Assembly (NCBI GenBank): GCA_031548515.1
Contig: JAVBRB010000014.1
Coordinates: 7,614 to 71,613 of the forward strand
DNA length: 64,000 nucleotides
Source: Rikenellaceae bacterium
Lineage (GTDB): Bacteria; Bacteroidota; Bacteroidia; Bacteroidales; Rikenellaceae
Reading direction: 5' to 3'
Shown here: positions 39,929 to 48,820 of the stretch, piece by piece
Position numbering within the stretch: the first letter of the stretch is position 1
Layout of the letters: each line of letters begins with the position of its first letter
Notes under the pieces: generated by a model
Database searches by the model: none
Told to the model about the DNA's origin: nothing
Seen by the model: the letters and a program-made list of their open reading frames with translations, nothing else
Position numbers and translations under genes: made by a program

Positions 39929-39991
39929 TCATTGTTTACTCGTCGTCAATGTTTGCCACCACCAGTTCTGTATGTTCTCGTTCCGTTTCAT
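39929..39991 (-). CDS. Trp leader peptide (20 aa, three consecutive Trp codons)
   Basis: Own translation: MKRNENIQNWWWQTLTTSKQ*. It lies immediately upstream of the attenuator and trpB2, consistent with the Bacteroid-trp leader class. Confidence 0.8.
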   Translation of the reverse strand: MKRNENIQNWWWQTLTTSKQ

Positions 39992-40194
39992 GCTTTTTTG
40001 CGCCGTCTTTATAAAGAGGCGACTCCACAAATGTAGAAATAGTTTGTTAAATTCCAAAGCTTTTTTGTGAAATTTTTAATAACCGGCCTCAGGACACTAT
40101 CAATAGGGGTATTCTGAAGCAAAAATCATTCTTATGAAATGTGCAAATTAGACGGAATCTTATTACATTTGTGCTTCGAAACCGAAACTTGCGA

Positions 40195-41412
40195 ATGAAA
40201 TGGATCGTATTCATACTGTTTTTTGCGGCCCTGCTGTCTGATATCTATATCTACCGCAGTGTGATATGCAACTGTTTCAAGCGTCTTCCTGCTAGAATTG
40301 CGTATATAATCTTTGCCGTCCTTACCGACGGAGCGGCGCTCACCGTCTTCATCATTTATGGTGCCGCCGCCGGGCAGGGGCCGACCGCCGTCATGACTGT
40401 CATGTGGATGGTCTGGATATTCTTTGTCACAGCTCTCCCTAAGTTGCTTTTTGCCGCAGGCGGATTCCTCGATTGTGTCTCTTCGTTGGTCATCCGCAAG
40501 CGTGTCCTGGTCTTTCGTACTGTTGCGGTATGCCTTTCCGCAGTTGCCGTGGTAATGATGATATACGGCGCGACGGCAGGGCGCACTGGAATAAAGGTAA
40601 ACGAAGTCGAAATATGCTCGGCCCTCGTTCCGGAAGGATTCGACGGCTACCGCATCGTCCAGTTCTCAGACCTGCACATAGGCACTATGCCCAATGCTGC
40701 GAAACGTGTGGCCCGAATTGCTGAAAAGATCGCCGGACTGGAGCCGGATATGGTTGTCAACACAGGCGACCTGGTAAATATCAGCCATGCCGACCTTGCG
40801 CCGGAAATCATGTCCGGACTGTCGCGGATCGGGGCGCGGGACGGAGTCTGGTCGGTGTGGGGAAACCACGACCTGGGTTTCTATATCCAAGACACGGTTT
40901 CCATGCCTCTGAGTGAAAACATATCGATACTCTCGGGTAAAGTCCGTGATCTGGGCTGGAGGACACTGACCAATGAATCTTCCTATATACGACGCCGGGG
41001 GGACTCTATACTGCTTTCGGGTATAAACTATCCGAAGGACGGTAATCTCAACGGTCATAATTCGACGTTGAGCGGTGCGGACATCGGTAAGACATTTGCC
41101 GGATTTTCACCTGAGGTATTCAGTATCGTACTGTCGCACGCCCCGCAGGTATGGCGCGAGATCACTGCGGCGGGCTTCGGCGACCTGACTCTGTCGGGGC
41201 ACGTGCATGCGATGCAGATAAAACTAGGCCCTGGCAGGCGTAAGTGGTCGCCGGCCAAATACATTTATAGTGAGTGGAGTGGCCGTTATATTGAAAATAA
41301 AGCAAAGAAATATACCTTGTACATTAATGATGGCATAGGATGTGTGGGGTATCCTATGCGTATAGGCGCACCCCCGGAGTTAACTCTATTTAAACTGAAG
41401 CGATGCGAATAA
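40195..41412 (+). CDS. Membrane-anchored metallophosphoesterase (YkuE-like)
   Basis: N-terminal TM helices, then FSDLHIG, GDLVN and GNHD motifs. Start set at MKWIVFILFF. Confidence 0.8.
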   Translation: MKWIVFILFFAALLSDIYIYRSVICNCFKRLPARIAYIIFAVLTDGAALTVFIIYGAAAGQGPTAVMTVMWMVWIFFVTALPKLLFAAGGFLDCVSSLVIRKRVLVFRTVAVCLSAVAVVMMIYGATAGRTGIKVNEVEICSALVPEGFDGYRIVQFSDLHIGTMPNAAKRVARIAEKIAGLEPDMVVNTGDLVNISHADLAPEIMSGLSRIGARDGVWSVWGNHDLGFYIQDTVSMPLSENISILSGKVRDLGWRTLTNESSYIRRRGDSILLSGINYPKDGNLNGHNSTLSGADIGKTFAGFSPEVFSIVLSHAPQVWREITAAGFGDLTLSGHVHAMQIKLGPGRRKWSPAKYIYSEWSGRYIENKAKKYTLYINDGIGCVGYPMRIGAPPELTLFKLKRCE

Positions 41413-42482
41413 TTCTCTCTGCCGCCATATCTGCCGACGGCTACCTCGACGATGCCGTAGAAGGGGAAAGGCTGATACTTTCATCCCCCGAAGACTGGAG
41501 AGCCATATATGCCCTTAGGGCCGAATGTGATGCCATACTCGTGGGCGCGGGTACACTCAGGGAGGATAATCCGGCGCTCGTTATCCGAGACCCCGAATTG
41601 CGTAAAAGACGCGAGGCCGAGGGACGCTCGCCCGATATCATGAAGGTCGCGGTCAGCGGTAGCGGCATGCTCGACTCCAATCTGAGGTTCTTTACCGAGG
41701 GTGAAGGCGAGAAAGTGATCTTCACCATGGGGACTGTTTCGAATGATATTTCCGAAATATCCACAGTTATCAGCCGTCCCGAACTTACGGCGACCATCAT
41801 ACTCAACCAACTGCGGAAGATGGGCGTGGGGACGCTCATGGTGGAAGGCGGGAGTGCCGTTCTGTCCATGTTCCTCAAGGAAAAAAGCTGGGATGAATTC
41901 CGCCTGGGCATAGCTCCTATATTTGTTGGAGATGAGAAAGCGCCACGATTGGTGCTCGACGGTGAATATCCGCCGATGACACTGGTGAAAACCGAACAGC
42001 TCGGCCAGACCGCTGTACTCCATTTCATAAACCGTTCGCAGTACCGCAAGGATTGCACTTACATCTCCAGGGCGCTGCACAATAGCTTGAAGAGCGAATC
42101 GAGCAACACTTGTTATAGGGTGGGCGCAGTGGTCTTGACCCGCGACGGACAGGAATTCGACGGTTATACCCACGAGAACGGTCCGAACAACCATGCCGAA
42201 GAAGAGGCGATCGCCAAAGCCGCGGCCGCGGGAGCCGACCTGAAGGGAGCTACTGTATACAGTACCATGGAGCCTTGTTCCAGGCGCAGTTCGAAACCCG
42301 AACCATGTGCAGACCTTATTATAAGGCATGGCTTCAAACGTGTGGTCTATGCTTTGAGGGAACCCGACAGGTTCGTCAGGTGCGAGGCCACGCAGAAGCT
42401 CATGGTGGCCGGCATAGAAGTCTGTGAACTTGATGCGTTTGCCGCCGATGTCATCCGCATCAACAGTCATTTGCTGCAATAA
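41403..42482 (+). CDS. RibD-like fusion with inverted domain order (RibD_C reductase domain N-terminal, CMP/dCMP-type deaminase domain C-terminal)
   Basis: N-terminal half: MRIILSAAISADGYL...LVGAGTLREDNPAL (RibD_C/DHFR-like). C-terminal half: HAEEEAI...EPCSRRSSKPEPC (RibD-type deaminase zinc motif). Confidence 0.75.
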   Translation: MRIILSAAISADGYLDDAVEGERLILSSPEDWRAIYALRAECDAILVGAGTLREDNPALVIRDPELRKRREAEGRSPDIMKVAVSGSGMLDSNLRFFTEGEGEKVIFTMGTVSNDISEISTVISRPELTATIILNQLRKMGVGTLMVEGGSAVLSMFLKEKSWDEFRLGIAPIFVGDEKAPRLVLDGEYPPMTLVKTEQLGQTAVLHFINRSQYRKDCTYISRALHNSLKSESSNTCYRVGAVVLTRDGQEFDGYTHENGPNNHAEEEAIAKAAAAGADLKGATVYSTMEPCSRRSSKPEPCADLIIRHGFKRVVYALREPDRFVRCEATQKLMVAGIEVCELDAFAADVIRINSHLLQ

Positions 42483-42759
42483 TATGAATCAGGGATAATG
42501 ATTTGAATATAATGAACTTTCCTGTGATATCGTTATTATATAGGTTATTATCCCAAATTCATGTTAGTGGCTTTAAAAAAGCCGCATACTTACCATTACC
42601 TCTCCTAACCGACCCCAAGCCGAGTGCCATCGCGCTTGCTTGGATGGGCGAGGCGCGAAAGAGGAAAACTTCGTTGAATCCTTCCTTCAAAGGCAGGACT
42701 TTGTCGCGGCTTAAAAGCCGCCGTTCCGGCATAGGACATGTTTCGATAGTGCAGGGGTT

Positions 42760-43989
42760 ATGAACACGGAGGTTGTCCCGGCGGAGCAGGCCTACAGGGA
42801 GAGGCTTTGGACAAAAAGCTATGTATTTATCTGTGTAGCTAATTTCCTGATCTGTTTTGCTTTCTACATGCTTGTTCCGACGCTTCCCTTCTACCTGGGA
42901 GAGGTTTTCGGGGCGGGCAGGACCACAATAGGCATAATACTTTCTATCTATACCGTTGCGGTGCTGGTCATACGGCCGTTCTCGGGCTGGTTGGCCGATA
43001 CTTTTGCGCGCAAGCCGATATATCTCATAGCTTATTTCTTTTTCGTCGCATTTTTCGTAGGCTACCTTGCGGCCGGAACGCTGTTGATGTTCGGCGTCCT
43101 GAGAGTGATGCACGGGCTGGCGTTCGGTATGGTGAGCACTACCGGAAATACTTTGGCAGTCGATATCATGCCTTCGTCGCGCAGAGGCGAAGGGTTGGGG
43201 TTCTACGGCGTGATGAATAACCTTGCGATGAGCGTGGGTCCGATGGCCGGACTTTTCATCGCCACGACGGGAAACTACGACATGATATTCTACGCTGCGC
43301 TCGCTTCTGGCGGTCTTGGACTGCTCTTCGCTTCGCTGATAAAAGCCGGAAGAAAAATCCCAAGGACAAGCAACAGTGGGATATCGCTCGATCGTTTCGT
43401 GTTAAAGAAAGGCCTGCCTGCCTGCGGATCGCTGCTGCTTCTGGCGGTTCCCTGGGGCATGACAATGACCTTTATAGCCATGTACGCCAAGGAACTGGGT
43501 ATGGTCGAGAACACCGGCTATTTTTTTACCGTTATGGCGGCCGGACTGATAATTTCGCGCATCGGTTCCGGCAAGCGTGTCGACAGGGGGGAGATAACCC
43601 AGGTTATATTCCAGGGAATGTGCATAGTCCTCGCCGGTATACTGTGTGAGGCGTTCCTCGGCATAGTGGCGGGCCGGAGCCTGCAGGCGGGATATGCCTT
43701 GTATTTTGCCGCGGCTTTTCTTATAGGGTTCGGTTACGGAACGATCTTTCCGGCCTACAACACGATGATCATAAACCTCGCTCCGAACGACCGTCGTGCG
43801 ACGGCAAACGCCACATATCTAACGGGGTGGGACGTTGGTATCGGACTAGGAATGTTCTTCGGTGGCCATATCGCCGAGAGCTGTGGTTTTGAGACTATAT
43901 ATTATGTCGACATAGCCCTTGTGTCCGTGTCGATCTTCTGGTTTGCAACATACGTCGCCCCGCACTTCCTGCGCAACCGGCTGAGATGA
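42760..43989 (+). CDS. MFS transporter
   Basis: 12 TM helices and the MFS loop motif (GWLADTFARKP). Confidence 0.85.
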   Translation: MNTEVVPAEQAYRERLWTKSYVFICVANFLICFAFYMLVPTLPFYLGEVFGAGRTTIGIILSIYTVAVLVIRPFSGWLADTFARKPIYLIAYFFFVAFFVGYLAAGTLLMFGVLRVMHGLAFGMVSTTGNTLAVDIMPSSRRGEGLGFYGVMNNLAMSVGPMAGLFIATTGNYDMIFYAALASGGLGLLFASLIKAGRKIPRTSNSGISLDRFVLKKGLPACGSLLLLAVPWGMTMTFIAMYAKELGMVENTGYFFTVMAAGLIISRIGSGKRVDRGEITQVIFQGMCIVLAGILCEAFLGIVAGRSLQAGYALYFAAAFLIGFGYGTIFPAYNTMIINLAPNDRRATANATYLTGWDVGIGLGMFFGGHIAESCGFETIYYVDIALVSVSIFWFATYVAPHFLRNRLR

Positions 43990-44054
43990 GAAAGGCTTGC
44001 AGTGCTGCAAGCCTTTTCTGTATATTAACGTGGATTCGGGATAAGAATAACAAA

Positions 44055-46952
44055 TTACATCGGACCGAAACCGCCGCCGAAGCCGCCACCACCTCCGCGA
44101 TAGCCTCCGCCACCGCCTCCCGGAGGTCCCATACGCTCGCCGTCTCCGGAGTTCCGGTACATATCCGGATTCTGGGAGCCGTTCTTGCCGAACTTACGGA
44201 TATTCCATGTGAGTTTCACTCCGAAATAACGTCCGATGGTCAAATTAGTCCGGTTCTGCATATACTCCGACTGCCATGTCCTGCGGAAACTGGTATTCTG
44301 ATTGAATATGTCGTTGCAGAACAGATTCACTTCCCATTGCTTGCTGCGGAAGATCTTTTTCCCGATGCTCGCGTTCGCAATGAAATAGCTGCGGTTCAGG
44401 TCTTCCCCCTTAACCGAGTTGTAGGAGTCGAGATTGAAATTGGCGGCTATGGTAAAACTGAGGGGAAGCACGAACTTGCAGTTGGCGTTGAGAATGTGGC
44501 GCAGGTAATCGCTGTTGCTCATCGCAGAGTACGTGTTGCGTACGTTGTTGTACGATATGTCGTAACCTATGCGGAAGTCGATCCTTTCGCTGATGTTGCT
44601 GCTGAGGCTCACCCCGCCTCTGGTGGCCATATTGCGCGAATGGTTGTCGTATGTGGTAAGGCCTTCCGAAACGTTCCATTGCCCCATTCTGGCAGGCGCC
44701 GCGTTGTAGTTGACGCCCGCGTCCAGATTCAGGTTGGATTTCATGAATGTGAGCGGAAAGCCGTAACTCACGCCCGCGCTGGCCGACCATTCACCGTCCA
44801 TGTTTATCGGCTGCGAATATCTTCCCACAGCGTCGAGAGTCTCCACCACATTGCCTTCGGAATCTGTGACGGGATAACCCTCGCTGTCCCTGATTGTGAA
44901 CGAAGTTATGGAATTGAAGGTGTAGGCTCCCGTAAGGTGCAGTGCGAAAGTACGTCCTCTCTCTACGTTCGGGAATATCAGGCGCGTGTAAAGCCTGTTT
45001 CCGTAGGACGGCTTAAGGTTGGGGTCGCCCTTGGTGATGTTCTGCACATTGGAGATATCCACGACATCCTGCAGGTTGCCGACCGACGGGTTCCGCGTGT
45101 ATGAATTGAGGAATACCCTCAGCGACGAGTTCTTCTTGCCGAACTTCGACGTTACCATCAGCGAATATGTGACATTGTTGAAATCGGCTTTCAGGTCATA
45201 TTGCGTCGGCAGTATGCTGGTACTCGCAAGGGTGGAATACTGGTAGAAGACACCGGCAGACAGTGTCGTCTCTTTTTTCTGCATGCGGTAGCCCGGGCCT
45301 GCTCTGTGTATCAGGTAGCCGCTGTTGTATATCCCGGAATATGATTCGTCGTAATCCGGATCGTATTGCTGGAGTGTGAAGTCGTACAGATATGACTTTT
45401 TGTCGATATCTGAAAAGTTGTAGCTTATGCTGTAGTCGAGGTTTACGAGTGAATAGGCGCTTACCGGTTCGGTGTACGTCATTCCCCCCATCAGGTTGTA
45501 GCCGTAATTGTATGTCGGGGTGCGCTGCTGTACCGGTTCCCGGTTCTGTTTCTCCGAATATGATTCGCCTCCGCGGTTATTGGTATTGTATCCGCCGTTG
45601 AAAAACAGGGAGAGGGTTCGCCCGGGCTTGCCCAACCGTACACGGTAGTTAACATTCAGGCCTGTGTTCCAACCGGTGTTGTCGCCGTTGCTCCAGCTGT
45701 TGAGCGGTACAGGCAAAAAACCGGCTTCACGCGGGAAATAGGTCTCATAGTTGTTACGTTCCCTCTCGTTGCTCTGGTATCGGACGGACGGACGGATGCG
45801 CAGTTCCTGAAACTTGTTCGGTTTGTAGTCGATCCTTGCGTTGAACGAATGGTTCTGGTTAATGCTCTGGCTGTGTGAATCCGAGGTGTAGTCCGAGTAA
45901 TTCGACGTCGACGTTTCGTAGTACTCCCTCTCGGTGCGCTGATAATCGGAAGAGTTGGTATTGTTGTAGCGATATGTCGCGTCGATCTTCCAGTCGTTTT
46001 TCTTGCCCCAGGTATCTATATAATTGGTCTGGAGCACACCGACTTTGGCGATGCCGTCGTCTCCGCCAGCGCCAAGGAAGTCGTCCGCTGTGAAATTGCG
46101 TTGATTGAGGTTGTTGAGGGTTCCTCCAACCGATATCTTGGCGTCGCCCTGGAATATGCTGACGTTGCCCGATAGCATCCCGTAATGATTCCACGAATCA
46201 TCGTTCTTATCCGGCGGTTCGACGCCATAGAGAGCCGACACCTGGCCCATAACACCCTGGCGCATCGATTCCCTCGTGCGGATATTGATGGCCTTGTAGC
46301 CTTCGCCGTCGTCGATACCGGTGAATTCGGCATTGTCGCTGAGTTTGTCGAACACTTCGATGGACTTTACGACTTCGGCCGGCAGCGCAGTGATGGCCGC
46401 ATTGACGTCTTCGCCGAAGTATTCACGGCCGTCTATAAGGACTTTTCTTACCTTCTCTCCCTGCGCTTCGACTGTTCCGCCCTCGACTTTGATGCCAGGC
46501 ATTTTCTGAAGCATGCCCGACACGTCGGAATCAGATGATACTTTATACGAATCGGCGTTGTATATCAGCGTATCGCCCTCCAGCGAGGTACGCATAGCTA
46601 CTGCTTTCAGCACCACTTCGTCGATCACGATTCCCTGGCTCAGGAAGAGCGTGTCGAGTGCCATCTTCGACGAAACGACGTTGATGCGTTTGCGGAGCGT
46701 TTCGTATCCCAGCAGTGAAACTTCGAATCTGTATTCCTCCTGCGTAAGTCCGGTCGAGAAAGTCCCTCCGGCTCCGGTAACGATATGGCTGGTTTTTACC
46801 GAGTCCGATACGGGCGCCATAGCCACGAGTGCTCCGATAAGTGTCTGTTTTGTGTCGGCATCCGCCACAACGCCGCTCACTGTGGCTTTTCTCTGGGCAT
46901 TTGCTGTTGTGACCGCCGCCGCCAGCAGCGTCAGTGTGAATAATCTCTTCAT
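44055..46952 (-). CDS. Outer-membrane beta-barrel protein with CarboxypepD_reg-like N-domain (TonB-dependent-receptor-like) and Gly-rich C-terminal tail
   Basis: Start set at MKRLFTLTLLAAAVTTANAQ. The VSGVVADADTKQTLIGALV carboxypeptidase-regulatory fold is followed by a long beta-barrel. The protein ends ...TWNIRKF plus a 43-aa Gly-rich tail. Confidence 0.8.
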   Translation of the reverse strand: MKRLFTLTLLAAAVTTANAQRKATVSGVVADADTKQTLIGALVAMAPVSDSVKTSHIVTGAGGTFSTGLTQEEYRFEVSLLGYETLRKRINVVSSKMALDTLFLSQGIVIDEVVLKAVAMRTSLEGDTLIYNADSYKVSSDSDVSGMLQKMPGIKVEGGTVEAQGEKVRKVLIDGREYFGEDVNAAITALPAEVVKSIEVFDKLSDNAEFTGIDDGEGYKAINIRTRESMRQGVMGQVSALYGVEPPDKNDDSWNHYGMLSGNVSIFQGDAKISVGGTLNNLNQRNFTADDFLGAGGDDGIAKVGVLQTNYIDTWGKKNDWKIDATYRYNNTNSSDYQRTEREYYETSTSNYSDYTSDSHSQSINQNHSFNARIDYKPNKFQELRIRPSVRYQSNERERNNYETYFPREAGFLPVPLNSWSNGDNTGWNTGLNVNYRVRLGKPGRTLSLFFNGGYNTNNRGGESYSEKQNREPVQQRTPTYNYGYNLMGGMTYTEPVSAYSLVNLDYSISYNFSDIDKKSYLYDFTLQQYDPDYDESYSGIYNSGYLIHRAGPGYRMQKKETTLSAGVFYQYSTLASTSILPTQYDLKADFNNVTYSLMVTSKFGKKNSSLRVFLNSYTRNPSVGNLQDVVDISNVQNITKGDPNLKPSYGNRLYTRLIFPNVERGRTFALHLTGAYTFNSITSFTIRDSEGYPVTDSEGNVVETLDAVGRYSQPINMDGEWSASAGVSYGFPLTFMKSNLNLDAGVNYNAAPARMGQWNVSEGLTTYDNHSRNMATRGGVSLSSNISERIDFRIGYDISYNNVRNTYSAMSNSDYLRHILNANCKFVLPLSFTIAANFNLDSYNSVKGEDLNRSYFIANASIGKKIFRSKQWEVNLFCNDIFNQNTSFRRTWQSEYMQNRTNLTIGRYFGVKLTWNIRKFGKNGSQNPDMYRNSGDGERMGPPGGGGGGYRGGGGGFGGGFGPM

Positions 46953-47033
46953 AAATCCTTTTCTCAAAATCGGTTTTTCGGATGCGCGAAAGTAGTTATA
47001 AACCGCATGCATACCTATTTGTTTCGGGTGAAA

Positions 47034-47080
47034 CGGCAAAAACAAGTTGTGAACCGAGCGCCTCCGGGTGCGAGTTCACC
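47034..47080 (-). terminator. Intrinsic terminator ending repeat copy T
   Basis: Minus-strand hairpin GTGAACTCGCACC...GCGCTCGGTTCAC followed by AACTTGTTTTT. Homologous to the terminator at 50268-50313. Confidence 0.65.
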
Positions 47081-47335
47081 GCCAGAGGCCCGCAAGTCGG
47101 CAGCAAGGCCAGTGCGGGGAAAGCCGACGGAGGTAACTTCCCGTACGCCTTTAGGCGCAAGTTCATGACGGTAGCAGGTAAGTAAGCCGCAAGGCCGGCG
47201 CCGTTAAAGCGGGGTAACTCTCGGGAACCTCCGGGCACGGGGCTGCTGATGGATGTAAACGGAAAACAGGGGCGTCAACCGCATCAGCGGATCGTCCACC
47301 CCTGTTCTTCACTAACCTGATACATCCTGTTAACC
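47046..47335 (-). repeat. Copy T of the structured repeat family (extended, with an internal half-duplication)
   Basis: The core 47046-47166 aligns with copies A, B and C. Upstream, 47167-47250 carries a second AGTTACCCCGC...GGCCTTGCGGC block. Dense nested complementarity and no credible ORF. Confidence 0.7.
47256..47306 (-). terminator. Intrinsic terminator after the Spy/CpxP-like gene
   Basis: Minus-strand stem AACAGGGG...CCCCTGTT followed by TTCCGTTT. Confidence 0.65.
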
Positions 47336-47369
47336 CAACATTGTCTTACCTGAAACTATTGCTGATCGT

Positions 47370-47915
47370 TTAATTGCCGCTGTGCGGCCCTCTCTGAGGA
47401 CCAGGCCCGCGCTGGCCGTAGGGGGTGGAATTCATGTTTTCCTCATATTTCGAGTATTGCTCACTTGTGAGGATGCTTTTCAGCTTCGCATTATACTCGT
47501 CGCGGTATTTCCTCATCTCGTCACGGCGTGCTTCTCTCTGCTCATCGGTCATGTTTTGCATCTCCTCGCGCGACGGACGGGGCATATTTGCATACTGTTT
47601 TGTCTGTTCCCGATTCAGTTCGAGCACTTTTGTGTACTGGTCGTCGGTCAGCGAAAGCTGTTCTTTCATCCGGTCGGCCATACTTTTAGCCATGTCTTCG
47701 GGTGTGAACTGGCGGTCGCCCCCCGCCGGGCCGGGCCTTTGTTGGCCGTCTTTGGGTTCCTGTTTCTGCTGGTCCGGTTTTTGTCCGGATTTCTGTTGGC
47801 CGCTCTTTTGTTCGGTTTTCTGCTTGTTGTTTCCGGAGTTCTTTTTCTGTGCCGATACCTGTGCGGCTCCCGCCAGCATTATGGCGCACATTGCAATACC
47901 GATGATCCTTTTCAT
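47370..47915 (-). CDS. Periplasmic LTxxQ-motif protein (Spy/CpxP-like, DUF4890-like) with low-complexity Q/K/P-rich regions
   Basis: Signal peptide MKRIIGIAMCAIMLAGAAQVSAQ. Two LTxxQ motifs (LTDDQ, LTSEQ). Confidence 0.6.
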   Translation of the reverse strand: MKRIIGIAMCAIMLAGAAQVSAQKKNSGNNKQKTEQKSGQQKSGQKPDQQKQEPKDGQQRPGPAGGDRQFTPEDMAKSMADRMKEQLSLTDDQYTKVLELNREQTKQYANMPRPSREEMQNMTDEQREARRDEMRKYRDEYNAKLKSILTSEQYSKYEENMNSTPYGQRGPGPQRGPHSGN

Positions 47916-47966
47916 AATTTTAAGTTGTTGATTTTATCGTTTATGTTCTGTTGTATGGTACAAATA

Positions 47967-48001
47967 TAAAACCCCGTTCCCTGATTCGGACGGGGTTTTT
48001 C
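47967..48001 (-). terminator. Intrinsic terminator after the two-component operon
   Basis: Hairpin AAAACCCCG...CGGGGTTTT, with T-tracts on both strands. Confidence 0.75.
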
Positions 48002-48067
48002 TGTGAATCGCCCTAATGTTCCGGCGAACCGGCGTTTACGGGCGGCCGAACTGACGGCGAAGTGATG

Positions 48068-48820
48068 TTAAACGCCCATGAACCAACGCTTGAACTCGGG
48101 CACGCGGTCCTTGCTGATAACGATCCGTTCCGGAGCCTTGACTTTCAGGTTGAGCGAGAGCCTGCTGCCGAACCATACGGAAATGTCGTTGATAGCGTTG
48201 CGGGCGACGATGAACTGGCGGTTGGCTCGGAAAAAATCCGTGTCTGAAAGTGTCTTTATCAGTTTGTCCAGACTGCGGTCCATCGGGAACGGGTTGCCTT
48301 CGTAATCGAAGGCCCTGACCTTTTCGTCGGTCGTATAGAAGAGAGCCACGTTCTCTATCTTCAAAGGTACTATCTTGTCTCGGATCGGTATGAGGAAAAC
48401 CTTCTGTTCGTCGCGGTTGCGCGCCATCTCGACTATGCCTTCCTTGCGTTGGTCAAGCTCGGTTTTCGACAGGCGCTCCAGTTTTTCGATGGCCCGTTCC
48501 AGTTCCGCCTCCTTGATAGGTTTGAGCAGGTAGTCGATGCTGTTGACCTTGAACGCTTCGAGCGCATATTCGTCATATGCCGTGGTGAAAATGATCGGGC
48601 AGGGGATATCTATCCGGTCGAATATGCGGAACGACTCGCCGTCGGCAAGATGTATGTCCATGAACAACAGGTCGGGACAACGGTGCGCACCGAACCATTC
48701 GACGGTGTCACCGATGCTTTCCAGCGTGGCCAGAACTTCGGCCGATGGAATTACTTTGCTTATGATTGCCTGGAGGTTGCGCGCAGCAGCGGTTTCATCC
48801 TCGATTATAACGACTTTCAT
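48068..48820 (-). CDS. LytTR-family response regulator
   Basis: Receiver domain (MKVVIIEDE...DLLFMDIHL) plus a C-terminal LytTR DNA-binding domain. Confidence 0.9.
   Translation of the reverse strand: MKVVIIEDETAAARNLQAIISKVIPSAEVLATLESIGDTVEWFGAHRCPDLLFMDIHLADGESFRIFDRIDIPCPIIFTTAYDEYALEAFKVNSIDYLLKPIKEAELERAIEKLERLSKTELDQRKEGIVEMARNRDEQKVFLIPIRDKIVPLKIENVALFYTTDEKVRAFDYEGNPFPMDRSLDKLIKTLSDTDFFRANRQFIVARNAINDISVWFGSRLSLNLKVKAPERIVISKDRVPEFKRWFMGV

Noticed and set aside
42600-42660. FMN riboswitch next to the RibD-like gene
   Set aside because: Only a loose match to the 3' GCCGA...GGATGGGAGA segment is present. The 5' AGGGCGGGGTGAAATTCCC/ACCGGCGGT half is missing.
47034-47335. Possible cobalamin, TPP, FMN, lysine or ZTP riboswitch, or RNase P / tmRNA / SRP RNA, upstream of the TonB-dependent-like receptor
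   Set aside because: CCCCGCACTGG resembles the cobalamin CCCGCCACTG, but the GGTG..AA.TCC core and the B12 box are absent; compare the true riboswitch at 63356-63534. There is no CUGAGA/ACCUGAUCUGG (TPP), no GGAAAGUCC or ACAGAACCCGGCUUA (RNase P), and no tRNA-like 3' end (tmRNA). The presence of four paralogous copies also argues against single-copy housekeeping RNAs.
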